NCBI GenBank assembly: GCA_041645215.1
Contig: JBAZQK010000002.1
Coordinates: 15,435 to 79,434 of the forward strand
DNA: 64,000 nucleotides
Source: Patescibacteria group bacterium
GTDB taxonomy: Bacteria > Patescibacteriota > Patescibacteriia > Veblenbacterales > UBA10138
Direction: 5' to 3'
Positions 28,206 to 37,767 of the stretch are shown piece after piece. A program made the translations under genes and the position numbers. Within the stretch, counting starts at the first letter, position 1. Each line of letters opens with the position of its first letter. The notes beneath the pieces are model-generated. The model was not told where the DNA came from. It searched no databases and saw only the letters and a list, made by a program, of their open reading frames with translations.

Positions 28206-29141
28206 ATGCTGCCGCACTTTGATGATTTTCTGCTTTCATTGCAGGTGAATAATTATTCTAAAGAGACGGTCTATAATTACGAGCGCGACCTTAAGGTGTT
28301 TGAATTTTTTTTGGTTAATGACATAAAATTGAAAAATTTTGCCAAAATTAATAAAAAAACCATAGAACTTTATAAGGCTTATTTGGCCTCCAGAGACCGT
28401 GAGACGGCGACTGGCAAAAAAAGTCATGGCCAACTAACAAGTTTTTCAACTAATAGATTTTTATCTTCTTTGCGTCGCTATCTTAAATACTTGATTGAAA
28501 TGGACCTGCCTACTCCCCTGCCGCCCGAGGCGGTTAAGCTGGTAAAGACTGAGCGAAAGCACCCGCAGGTGGCGGAATTCACTGAACTGGTGCGCTTAAT
28601 TGAATCACCAACTTGGTTAGAAAAAAATAAGGTAGTTGGTTTGCGCAATCGGGTGATGTTGGAGGTTTTATTTGCCACTGGTATGCGGATTTCCGAATTA
28701 ACCGGACTTAATCGGGTACAAATCGACGACAGCGGCCGTATATTTATAACGGGTAAGGGTAAAAAACAGCGCTTTGTTTATTTGACCGAGCGGGCCAAAA
28801 AATATTTGAATATGTATTTAGCTAAACGTCCAGATACACACCCGGCCCTATTTATTCCCTACCGGGGAGGGAATGCCGGTAAGAATAACAGACGTTTATC
28901 AACTAATTATTTACAAATGAAAATCAAACAATACCGCGAGACTTTGCGCATAAATGTGCCAACCTCGGCCCACTCCCTGCGTCATGGCTTTGCCACTTAT
29001 TTGGCGGAAAGCGGCGCTAATCCGGCAGCTATTCAAGTTTTACTCGGTCACGAATCGCTTGATACCACTACCCGTTATGTCCACGCCTCCGATAAATATG
29101 CCGAAAGTACGCATAAAAAATTTCATCCGTTAAAAACTTGA
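28206..29141 (+). CDS. Tyrosine site-specific recombinase (XerC/XerD-like)
   Basis: N-terminal SAM-like core-binding domain; catalytic box HSLRHGFATYLAESG...LGHESLDTTTRYVH. Confidence 0.8.
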   Translation: MLPHFDDFLLSLQVNNYSKETVYNYERDLKVFEFFLVNDIKLKNFAKINKKTIELYKAYLASRDRETATGKKSHGQLTSFSTNRFLSSLRRYLKYLIEMDLPTPLPPEAVKLVKTERKHPQVAEFTELVRLIESPTWLEKNKVVGLRNRVMLEVLFATGMRISELTGLNRVQIDDSGRIFITGKGKKQRFVYLTERAKKYLNMYLAKRPDTHPALFIPYRGGNAGKNNRRLSTNYLQMKIKQYRETLRINVPTSAHSLRHGFATYLAESGANPAAIQVLLGHESLDTTTRYVHASDKYAESTHKKFHPLKT

Positions 29142-29196
29142 CATTATCCATTTTTATATGTAAGTTTTAAATTAAAATAACATATCAACCAAAAGA

Positions 29197-29706
29197 ATGG
29201 GAGCAAAAATGGAAACCTTAAAAAATATTTATCTTTTTTTGACTGGCCGTAAAAGCAGTAAATACATGGGATTTTTATCCCAACGTTTGCTCTGGATTTC
29301 GTCTAGTTTTTTTATTTCCGGCGTTGTATTAATAGTATGCATATTAGCCGTGGACCGGTTGGGTGCCAACGTGACCTATAAGGATTATGCGATTGTTGGC
29401 GCAATGTTTTTCGGTGTGGCCGCATCAGTTGTAGGATTTGTGGTGGTACCTGTGGCATTAAGGATGTTTTTGGCGTGGTTGTTTCCAAAAACTTCCGGGC
29501 TCGGTTTATTGCGCTGGCAGATAACTTCGGAGGCAGATGAAACAATTTGGTGGGTAGCAGTTATGGTTATTGGTTTAATTTTGTTTTGTTGGTTGTCCAC
29601 AACCTCTTTCTTATTGGCGCAAGTGATAAGTTATGTAGGCGGCGCTTTACTGCTTTTAATTTTCATATCTCATAATAGCAAGCCGGTCAAACCAACCAAA
29701 ACCTAA
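29197..29706 (+). CDS. Hypothetical polytopic membrane protein
   Basis: Four predicted TM helices; no domain recognised. Confidence 0.4.
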   Translation: MGAKMETLKNIYLFLTGRKSSKYMGFLSQRLLWISSSFFISGVVLIVCILAVDRLGANVTYKDYAIVGAMFFGVAASVVGFVVVPVALRMFLAWLFPKTSGLGLLRWQITSEADETIWWVAVMVIGLILFCWLSTTSFLLAQVISYVGGALLLLIFISHNSKPVKPTKT

Positions 29707-29726
29707 AAATAAAGTCTTAATAAAAG

Positions 29727-29758
29727 AAGCGTACCGAAATTCATAGGTACGCTTTTTA
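29727..29758. terminator. Bidirectional intrinsic terminator between convergent genes (AAGCGTACC...GGTACGCTT then TTTTAAT)
   Basis: 9-bp perfect stem followed by T-run on plus and A-run on minus. Confidence 0.55.
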
Positions 29759-29781
29759 ATATGTACATTTATATATCAAAT

Positions 29782-30222
29782 TTATATGTCAAAACGCATT
29801 TGCGCATCTCCAGAAGTTAGAACTCTGTCATTTTCTGGGTTATTGGTAAAATCTTTTTCTTTATTGAATTCGTTTTGCAAATTTTCAGAATCCAGCTGTG
29901 CGACCACAGATTTAATATCTGCGGCAGATTCAATAGACACCTTAACCGTGGGCCAGGTTGATTTAATGGTATTTATGAACCACTCATCAAGATTGCCCGA
30001 CAAAGCGCGGTCGTAAACCACTATCACCTCCTCTGTTAGCGTATTTTTAAATTGATGCAGGTACGCTCCTGTGCCTTTATCAGCCACTACGTATATACTT
30101 TGAGGGTCATCATTGCCCGACGGGTATTCAATATCAAAGTATTTAAGGCTAAGGGAGACTGGTTTAGGAATAGTTAATTTGTCTTTTAATAAATTTTGGA
30201 TTAAAACCAGAACCTTTTTCAT
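29782..30222 (-). CDS. Hypothetical protein (146 aa), AT-rich gene
   Basis: ORF only. Confidence 0.35.
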   Translation of the reverse strand: MKKVLVLIQNLLKDKLTIPKPVSLSLKYFDIEYPSGNDDPQSIYVVADKGTGAYLHQFKNTLTEEVIVVYDRALSGNLDEWFINTIKSTWPTVKVSIESAADIKSVVAQLDSENLQNEFNKEKDFTNNPENDRVLTSGDAQMRFDI

Positions 30223-30299
30223 TGTTAATTTCCTTTGTTTGTTTTAGATTTATTTGCCCAAATCTTAGCACAGATTGCTTATTAATTCAAGTATGGCGG

Positions 30300-30329
30300 T
30301 TGACAGAATTTAGAAAATGGTTTACAGTG
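30300..30329 (+). promoter_or_regulatory. Candidate promoter TTGACA-17 nt-TACAGT upstream of the NDK-like gene
   Basis: Hexamer match and spacing only. Confidence 0.25.
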
Positions 30330-30359
30330 GTATGCTAAAAACAAAAAGGTTATTTAAAA

Positions 30360-30791
30360 ATGGAAAAGTCAGTCTTTATTATTAAGCCTGATGCCATGAA
30401 ACGTTCTAGAAAAGTTAAGAATGTTTTGCTTCGGGCCGGGCTTAAGATTGTCAGCAGTAAAAAAATTCGACTTACCCCAAAAATGATTGATAGATTTTAT
30501 GATAATTTACGTCACAAAAGATCTATCCGTCAAGCTACTATGGATTATTTGTTGAATAAAACAGTGGAAATTGGAGTAGTAGAAGGTAAGTCAGCTATAT
30601 TGCGTTTAGTCGCTGTTTGCGGCCAGTGGACTAATCCGAAAAAATGCGAACCTAATACTATTAGGGCGCTACTTGGCGGTAAACAAGGCAAAAGAATTAA
30701 CCGCAGTTATACTTTTTGGCGGAATGCCATACATCGCTCGCGTAACAAAAGTGAGGCCAAAAGAGATCTTAAAATATTTTATACCATCTAA
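30360..30791 (+). CDS. ndk: Nucleoside diphosphate kinase-like protein (divergent)
   Basis: IIKPDA, NP, NTIRALLGG and a His in NAIHRS resembling the NDK active site. Confidence 0.5.
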   Translation: MEKSVFIIKPDAMKRSRKVKNVLLRAGLKIVSSKKIRLTPKMIDRFYDNLRHKRSIRQATMDYLLNKTVEIGVVEGKSAILRLVAVCGQWTNPKKCEPNTIRALLGGKQGKRINRSYTFWRNAIHRSRNKSEAKRDLKIFYTI

Positions 30792-30793
30792 TA

Positions 30794-30831
30794 CCCAAGC
30801 AAAATTTGTTAAATCAAGCTTGGGTTTTTTA
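30794..30831 (+). terminator. Intrinsic terminator CCCAAGC...GCTTGGG then TTTTTT
   Basis: 7-bp stem and T6 tract right after the ndk stop. Confidence 0.6.
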
Positions 30832-30857
30832 TAGATGAAAAATAGTTGGGTAGGTTT

Positions 30858-32060
30858 TTAGGGCAGATAATCCAACGGGTTGATTGGTATGCCGTTGGCG
30901 CGCAATTCAAAATGCAAATGCGGACCAGTGGTTAATGATCCGGCGCCACGGGTGCCGGGCGTGCCCCCCACCGCGCCAATTACTTGTCCTTTGGCAACGT
31001 AAGTATCCTCGGTCACATCAATACGGCTGACGTGTCCATAGACACTGGCAAAACCGTCTTTGTGGATTATCATAATGTAGCTGTAACCTAAGCCCGCGTC
31101 TTTAGCTCGCGCGACATAGCCGGCCGCGGCCGCTTTAATCGCGCTACCTTGAGGTTGGGGAATGTCTATGCCCGGATGTTCAAAATAACGGCGAAAGATA
31201 TAGTTGGGATCGTTAAAATAGGTTGATATGCCCTTATAAGGTTTAACTGACCAAATAAAGTTGGTATCAAGCTGATCAAGCCGGCCGCCCAATTGCAAGC
31301 GTTGCCGAACTTCCTGCTCCATTTTTCTGATGTCGCTATTGGCTCTCTCCTGCTCCAAAATTGTTTGCTGCAATAGTGACTGGTACTTGCTTTCCGACAA
31401 TTTAGTTTGACGCAGTAACGACTCCTTAGTATCTTGCTGAGCCGAAAATTGAGAACGCGCTGTCTCCAGTTCGGTTTTAACCTTAAGCAACTGGCTGCGA
31501 TAATTACCTAAATCTTGTTGACGGTGTTCCAGTTGAACTTTGGCTGACTGAACGTTATTTATATTAAGCTGGAGCGTCCGTTGCAGTTCGGCTAGATAAT
31601 TTAACTCCTCAAAATACTGCCCTAACGAGTTATTTAAGGCAATAACTTCTAAAATGCCGCGCTGATCCGACCGATTCAACTGGCGCAATATTTCGCTGAT
31701 TTTAATTTTTTTGTCGCTGAGGTCGCGTTCTTTGCCGCCGATATCAAGGCTGACTGCTTGTATTTCCAAACTTACGGTATTCAAATTAAGCTCTTTGGTT
31801 TTAATATCCAGCTCGGCCCGGGCAATTTGATCATCTAAAATATTTAATTGTTTTTTTAAAGTTGAGGCTTGAGCTTGCTTTTGGGCAATGGCGTTTTGAT
31901 AAGCGTCCATTTGTTTTTTTAAGTCGCTAATTTTATCCTGCTTTTGCTGAATCTGATTTTTCAAATCATCAATTGAGACAGCCTTAACGTCGGGCGTCAG
32001 ATAAAAGCTTACCAAAGCCAAAACAAAAAATACCGCTGCCATTTTGGTTAATTTAATCAT
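30858..32060 (-). CDS. M23-family peptidase with N-terminal coiled coil (EnvC-like murein hydrolase activator)
   Basis: Signal peptide, long coiled-coil, C-terminal HPGIDI...GHVS...GPHLHFE LytM motifs. Confidence 0.75.
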   Translation of the reverse strand: MIKLTKMAAVFFVLALVSFYLTPDVKAVSIDDLKNQIQQKQDKISDLKKQMDAYQNAIAQKQAQASTLKKQLNILDDQIARAELDIKTKELNLNTVSLEIQAVSLDIGGKERDLSDKKIKISEILRQLNRSDQRGILEVIALNNSLGQYFEELNYLAELQRTLQLNINNVQSAKVQLEHRQQDLGNYRSQLLKVKTELETARSQFSAQQDTKESLLRQTKLSESKYQSLLQQTILEQERANSDIRKMEQEVRQRLQLGGRLDQLDTNFIWSVKPYKGISTYFNDPNYIFRRYFEHPGIDIPQPQGSAIKAAAAGYVARAKDAGLGYSYIMIIHKDGFASVYGHVSRIDVTEDTYVAKGQVIGAVGGTPGTRGAGSLTTGPHLHFELRANGIPINPLDYLP

Positions 32061-33505
32061 GATAAGACGCCGTGAGCCATTGTCAGACGGCGGGTGGCCT
32101 CTTCTTGGCCTAAGGCAAATAATAAACTAGGGACATCGGGTGATTGTTTTTCCCCGCTTAGCGCCACTCGCACCGGCCACAAAAATTCTTGATTGGTAAA
32201 CTGGTTAGCTTGTTTAATTTGCTCAAGCCGCTTTTGAATGTTGCTTAAACTCCACTCCCCCAGCGCCGCCGTTGAATTTAGCATTGTCTGAATAGCAATT
32301 AATGTTTTACCGGCTGAACCGTCGGGCGGAATTAACAGCCCCGACGAGGGCGCCGCATCAGCTTTAAAAAACCAGACCGCCGAATTATTGACATCGCCTA
32401 AAATCACCAAGCGCGGCTGCAAAATTTGCGTTAAGTTAATGGTGTCTTGGCGACCGCAACCGTATTGTTGGCCGAGTTTAAGATAAAATGGCTTAAGCAG
32501 ATTATTCAATTCAAGCACCGGCAAATTCTTGATGTAGGCGCTGTTAAACCAATTCAGCTTAGTTATATCAAAAATCGCCCCGGCTTTTTGGACACGCTCA
32601 AGATTGAACGTTTTAATTAAATCGGCGGTGGAAAATATTTCCTGATTATCAACCGGATGCCAGCCCAGTAGCGCCAAAAAATTAACCAACGCCGCCGGCA
32701 GGTAACCTTGCTCAATATAGGTGGCGAGCCAAACTGATGCGCCGTCTTTTCGTTTGGATAGCTTGGCGCGATTGGCATTAAGCACGTTTGACAGGTGAGC
32801 AAATTTCGGAATATCCCAGCCCAAAGCTTGATAAATAATAATGTGTTTAACAGTTGACGGCAGCCACTCCTCGCCTCTTATAATATGGCTTATTTGCATT
32901 AAGTGATCATCCACTACGTTAGCCAAATGATAAGTCGGGTAGCCGTCTGATTTTAACAAAACTTGTTCATCCACTGTTTTATTAGCTATCGTCATTGGGC
33001 CGCGCACTATATCATTGAATTCAGTGTGGCCGGCGGGAATTCGTAAACGAACCACGTTAACTTCGGCCCGGTTAATTTTAGCCGTGATGGCGCGGTGTGA
33101 TAAATTGGCACACTTACCGTCATAGCGGGTAGGCAGAGAGTTGCTTTGCTGTTGTGTTCTCAATTCTGTAAGTCGCTCAGCGGAACAAAAACAATAATAA
33201 GCCGCGCCTTTAGCAATCAGTTCGCTGGCATATGCTTTGTATAACTTGGTTCGGTCGGACTGGACATAGGGCCCATATTTACCCCCAACATCAGGACCTT
33301 CATCCCAGGATAAACCCAGCCATTTCAGCCCGTTAAGTATTCTTTCAAGGCTACCCTCAACCAGGCGCGTCTGATCCGTATCTTCAATGCGAATCACAAA
33401 TTGACCCTGGTGCTGGCGGGCAAATAAAAAATTATACAGCGCGGTGCGGGCGCCGCCGATATGTAGTTCTCCGGTTGGCGAGGGGGCAAATCTAACTCTT
33501 ACCAT
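32057..33505 (-). CDS. gltX: Glutamyl-tRNA synthetase
   Basis: RFAPSPTGELHIGGARTALYNF (HIGH) and KLSKR (KMSKS-like). Confidence 0.85.
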   Translation of the reverse strand: MVRVRFAPSPTGELHIGGARTALYNFLFARQHQGQFVIRIEDTDQTRLVEGSLERILNGLKWLGLSWDEGPDVGGKYGPYVQSDRTKLYKAYASELIAKGAAYYCFCSAERLTELRTQQQSNSLPTRYDGKCANLSHRAITAKINRAEVNVVRLRIPAGHTEFNDIVRGPMTIANKTVDEQVLLKSDGYPTYHLANVVDDHLMQISHIIRGEEWLPSTVKHIIIYQALGWDIPKFAHLSNVLNANRAKLSKRKDGASVWLATYIEQGYLPAALVNFLALLGWHPVDNQEIFSTADLIKTFNLERVQKAGAIFDITKLNWFNSAYIKNLPVLELNNLLKPFYLKLGQQYGCGRQDTINLTQILQPRLVILGDVNNSAVWFFKADAAPSSGLLIPPDGSAGKTLIAIQTMLNSTAALGEWSLSNIQKRLEQIKQANQFTNQEFLWPVRVALSGEKQSPDVPSLLFALGQEEATRRLTMAHGVLS

Positions 33506-33523
33506 AAAATAACTATAAGTTAA

Positions 33524-33545
33524 TAATAACGACTTACGCGTTTGT
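33524..33545. repeat. Solo terminal fragment of the TAGGACTTACG MITE family (CGACTTACGCGTTTG)
   Basis: 14/15 nt match to the 5-prime end of copy C. Confidence 0.4.
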
Positions 33546-33731
33546 CATCCTGCTTGCCCCGCCAACGGCGGTGGCTTGCCCCGCATTTGCGGAGGAACCA
33601 CAGTACTAGAAACTTCGTTTCAGTACATGGCAGGTTTATTTCAGGATCTCGGCATTGTTAAAAAATGCTTAGAAAGCCTTCATTTAGTATCAACCTCGGT
33701 AAATCCTGTATTAATAATAACAAACTGCGGT

Positions 33732-34721
33732 TCAAGAGGCTAATCCGAGTCGTTTAATTTCAGCGAGAGCGATTTTTCCTACTTCGCGTCGCACTGGTGT
33801 TAATAATTTCAGCATATCTGAATGTTTAACCCATTTTAACGCCATAATTTCGCGGGCGTCAGGTTTGAGCGCGGAATAATTATTGGCTATCATTACGACA
33901 GCTAAACTTTGTTCCTGTCCGATAAAAGCACTCTTGGATTTGTCGGTCCCCTCGCGGCGCAGTTGGGCTGGCCAACGGTAGCGATGAATGCGATCCTTAA
34001 TTGACAGTATTTGAAAATTATTCAAATCCAACTCTTCTTTTAGTTCGCGACTTACCGCCTGCGCGGTAGTTTCAGCTGGTTCAATACCACCTTGCGGCAG
34101 CTGCCAAAGATTTGATTTGGATAAAGGATGTTTAACCAGCAACACCTGACTATTGTGGTTAACTAAACAAATAACTACATTAGCTCTAAATTTTACCGGA
34201 TTGGGCGCTAGCTTAAAATTCTTAAGAGTTTCATAAGTCGGGCCGCTAGCCGCTAAAGCACTATTAATAAGTTCTACGTTTGTAACCAGGAAGGAGTCAG
34301 TGAATTGAAAATTGAACGGATTTGACTTGGTTGATTTTGAACTCAAACGAATTACGGTAAGGTGTGGTTGATTGGCTGATGTATTTATTTTTAAATTGAG
34401 CAAGGCTAATTTTAACTTATACTGCAAATTGCTAAAGGCGGCAGAATCTTTGATATTAATTATCCCCAGTCGTGGTTGATTAACCGGCAGCCAACCGAAT
34501 TGACCAACGGTTAGGCTGAACTGGGGTATTAATTTTACGGTTTTGTCAATGGCCTTGGCTACGGCCGGCAATAAATCAGCCTTAATCTCGCCTAAAAAAT
34601 TAACCGTCAGGTGAATTTGTTCCGGTTTAACGGGCCGACCGGGCAGATTGACGGTGGTTGAAAAATCTAACCACGACTTAATTAGCCGCGGGGGCGGTAT
34701 AATAGCAATAAATAAGCGCAT
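33732..34721 (-). CDS. Fusion protein: N-terminal 2H phosphoesterase (LigT-like) plus C-terminal NUDIX hydrolase
   Basis: Two H-x-T-x motifs (HLTVNF, HLTVIR); Nudix box GGIEPAETTAQAVSRELKEELD. Confidence 0.6.
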   Translation of the reverse strand: MRLFIAIIPPPRLIKSWLDFSTTVNLPGRPVKPEQIHLTVNFLGEIKADLLPAVAKAIDKTVKLIPQFSLTVGQFGWLPVNQPRLGIINIKDSAAFSNLQYKLKLALLNLKINTSANQPHLTVIRLSSKSTKSNPFNFQFTDSFLVTNVELINSALAASGPTYETLKNFKLAPNPVKFRANVVICLVNHNSQVLLVKHPLSKSNLWQLPQGGIEPAETTAQAVSRELKEELDLNNFQILSIKDRIHRYRWPAQLRREGTDKSKSAFIGQEQSLAVVMIANNYSALKPDAREIMALKWVKHSDMLKLLTPVRREVGKIALAEIKRLGLAS

Positions 34722-34830
34722 AAGATTGATATAATTATAACATTTTTGAGCAGGCCCGGCTAATAAAAAATGCCCTTGGAATTATAGATTTATTCCAACG
34801 GCATGATAATGATTTGTTTGGCGACTATTC

Positions 34831-35415
34831 TCAATTGTTGAGATAGCTAAGCAGTTTTTCTACTTCCTTGTCTTGTTCTGGAGCAGAGCCAACAAGCCAC
34901 GGGGTGATTTCAAAATTTTTCTTAATCATCTGGACGACTAAGGCATAACTGTTATTGCCGGACAGTTTTTTGGCTAAAGGCAGCAGTCTGTTTTTAATTA
35001 CACAATTGGCTCTTGGGTCAATCAAGACTGGATTCATGGACAGGTTGACCAGCGCCAGCATGCACTTATCGATCTTACTTTCAATTTTAATAAGATCGTT
35101 GATTTTATTAAAGATAGCGTCTATTTTATGGATTAATCTGAATCCTATTACACCAGTAGTATTATCTTTATACTTAACTTTAATAACAAACGGTGTGGCG
35201 CGCTGGATCAGTTGTTTGGTAAACAACGCCATCGTTTCTTCAAACTCTGGGGTAGGAAATTCAGCATCAATCTTGCCATTGTCTTCGCATTCTTCAACAA
35301 TAATCGTATCCTGGTCTATTTTTATGCAGCGAAATAGTGGAATATTGTGTTTATTCTCGAGGAAATATTCTTCTATAAATAAACACAGCGCTTCTGCTTG
35401 TCTGGTTACGTCCAT
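34831..35415 (-). CDS. Hypothetical protein (194 aa), AT-rich
   Basis: ORF only. Confidence 0.35.
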   Translation of the reverse strand: MDVTRQAEALCLFIEEYFLENKHNIPLFRCIKIDQDTIIVEECEDNGKIDAEFPTPEFEETMALFTKQLIQRATPFVIKVKYKDNTTGVIGFRLIHKIDAIFNKINDLIKIESKIDKCMLALVNLSMNPVLIDPRANCVIKNRLLPLAKKLSGNNSYALVVQMIKKNFEITPWLVGSAPEQDKEVEKLLSYLNN

Positions 35416-35574
35416 GGCATTTCTCCTTGGTTTTCGTGTTATTTTTAGCCTATTTGTTAGGGGCCGAAAAAAATTATTTAGATAAACTAGATTGTTAAAG
35501 AAAAGGTAAGTTTATATCTCGAAGGGTCAATTGTCAAGTTGTGCAGCCGCTTAATTTGTGTTAAAATAATTTAT

Positions 35575-36972
35575 ATGTTTAAGCGTATAAAGCGCCTCTT
35601 TTTTATGTTAATCAGCGCCGTCTGGTTCACCAGCGCTACCTTGTGGCCGTTATTTTCCATATCAGCTCAAACTGATTTTAATTACAATTATATTTTGTCC
35701 GACAATGATATACTGGATTATCAAACAATGACGCCGGCTGAAATCCAGAATTTTTTGTTGTCAAAAAACAGCCCCTTGGCAAACTATTATGATTCAATAA
35801 CTAACTGGCGGGCTGACAAAATCATTTATCAATCGTCGCAGGATTGGCAAATAAATCCCAAGTTTTTGCTGGCGCTAATGCAAAAAGAGCAAAGTTTAAT
35901 TGATAATTCCACACCGGTGCAAACTAATTTTGATTGGGCTACGGGTTATGCGGTTTGCGACGATTGCAGTTATGATGACCTTTTAATTCAGAAATTTAAA
36001 GGTTTTTATAATCAGGTTTATAACGCCGCTAAAAAAATCCGATTAGGATATTTACCGGATTTGGACAAAAATGGTAAAACCAGCTCTGGTTTTGGGCCTG
36101 GTTTAGCTAAACAAGTGGATAACATAACGGTCGTGCCGGCTAATCGGGCAACCGCGATATTATATACTTATACGCCGCACTTAAAAGGTAATCGTCTAAT
36201 GTCCTTAGTTTGGAATAAATATTTTATGCGTAGTTATCCTGATGGTACTGTGGTTAATGTTGAGGGCGAGTCAGCGGTTTGGTTAATTGAAAGTGGTTGG
36301 CGCCGTCGTTTTGCCAACAAATCAGTTTATTTATCGCGTTATAATTCGTGGGACAAGGTTATAACCGTCAGCCAAACAGAGTTACTTAAATATCCCGAAG
36401 GCAAGATAATTAAGTTTCCTAACTATTCTTATCTTAGAAATGAACGAGGAACAGTATATTTATTGACTAACGATATGTTGCGCGGATTTAGTTCGAGCTC
36501 CGCCCTGCGCCAAATTGGAATTAATCCCGCCGAAATTGTTAACGTTACTACTGTTGATTTAATTGATTATGCCGAGAGTCAACCAATAACCACTAAGTCA
36601 GTTTACCCCTTAGGGACTTTGGCGCAAGATACTAAAACCGGTGGCGTTTATTGGGTACAAGACGGCGTCAAGCATCCAATTTTCTCGGTGGAAATACTAA
36701 AAGCTAATTTTGGGAAACGTCGAATTAATAAATTTAACGCCAAACAGTTAGCGGAGTATACTACCAGTACGCCGGTTTTATTTCCGGACGGTGAACTGGT
36801 GACGAGTCGCTCTGACAGCGCTGTCTATTTAATATCCAACAAACAGCGCCGCCCGTTTGTGTCGGCCAAGGCGTTTCTCGAGTTAGGGTTTGATTTTAAA
36901 AACGTCATAGTTACCGCTGAATCAGCCATGGGCGTTCATGAATTAGGTCAAATAATTGGTGAAACTTATTAA
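35575..36972 (+). CDS. Secreted protein with four tandem ~60-aa repeats (each V[YW]LI..G.rR.F)
   Basis: Signal peptide from MFKRIKRLFF; repeats AVWLIESGWRRRF, TVYLLTNDMLRGF, GVYWVQDGVKHPI, AVYLISNKQRRPF. Confidence 0.4.
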   Translation: MFKRIKRLFFMLISAVWFTSATLWPLFSISAQTDFNYNYILSDNDILDYQTMTPAEIQNFLLSKNSPLANYYDSITNWRADKIIYQSSQDWQINPKFLLALMQKEQSLIDNSTPVQTNFDWATGYAVCDDCSYDDLLIQKFKGFYNQVYNAAKKIRLGYLPDLDKNGKTSSGFGPGLAKQVDNITVVPANRATAILYTYTPHLKGNRLMSLVWNKYFMRSYPDGTVVNVEGESAVWLIESGWRRRFANKSVYLSRYNSWDKVITVSQTELLKYPEGKIIKFPNYSYLRNERGTVYLLTNDMLRGFSSSSALRQIGINPAEIVNVTTVDLIDYAESQPITTKSVYPLGTLAQDTKTGGVYWVQDGVKHPIFSVEILKANFGKRRINKFNAKQLAEYTTSTPVLFPDGELVTSRSDSAVYLISNKQRRPFVSAKAFLELGFDFKNVIVTAESAMGVHELGQIIGETY

Positions 36973-36975
36973 ATT

Positions 36976-37764
36976 ATGTCTATTGTCGCCGCTGCCATTT
37001 TACCACACTCCCCGCTCTTACTCCCGGGGTTAAACCAGGAAGTTAAGTCGCAAGTAACTAAGACGACGAGGGCGATTGCTGAACTTGGGCATGAGTTATA
37101 CGCTCGGCAAATTGATGTCGTCTTTTTTTTGGCTGCCCCGGGCCAAGGTAATGATCTGCCCAATCAGTTCAGTTTGTTGCCGGGTGCTGTCTTGGCCTAT
37201 TCATTTAGGGAATTTGGTGATTTAAAAACGGTTGGTGAAATTCAGATTGATATTGGCTTGACCCATAAAATTAAAGAACGCTGTGAATCACGTTTGTTAA
37301 TGCCGCTAATTACGGTCAAACAATTGTCTTATACTTTTGCCGTGCCCTGGGCGCTGTTAAGCCAGTTTTTGTTGGGAAAAAAAATCGTTTGTTTACAAAT
37401 ACCGCAATCGGCTAATTTTGATGATATGAGTTGGCTGGCGGAAACAGTTAAAGAAGTAATTGACAATCAGCCTGTTCGCGTAGCTTTGATAGCGGCTGGT
37501 GATTTAGCTCATTATACTCCAACCACTGACAGCAATTCAAGAATTTTTGATCAGTCTTACATAAAAGCGATTAAACTCGGCGCCATTGACAAGCTGTTGA
37601 ATTTAGATATTGAATTGAGAGAACGAGCGCGGGAATGTTTAGTCAATCCCACGATTTTTTTACATACGCTGTTGCGAGCCCATTTACTGCCAGCCGAAGT
37701 TTTATCGTATGCCAATAATCTGGGTACGGGAATGGTGGTGGCGCATTTGCCGGTTAATTCATAA
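36976..37764 (+). CDS. LigB/Memo-like (class III extradiol dioxygenase fold) family protein
   Basis: N-terminal AAILPHSPLL resembles the metal-binding start of LigB/YgiD-type proteins; weak. Confidence 0.3.
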   Translation: MSIVAAAILPHSPLLLPGLNQEVKSQVTKTTRAIAELGHELYARQIDVVFFLAAPGQGNDLPNQFSLLPGAVLAYSFREFGDLKTVGEIQIDIGLTHKIKERCESRLLMPLITVKQLSYTFAVPWALLSQFLLGKKIVCLQIPQSANFDDMSWLAETVKEVIDNQPVRVALIAAGDLAHYTPTTDSNSRIFDQSYIKAIKLGAIDKLLNLDIELRERARECLVNPTIFLHTLLRAHLLPAEVLSYANNLGTGMVVAHLPVNS

Positions 37765-37767
37765 TTA

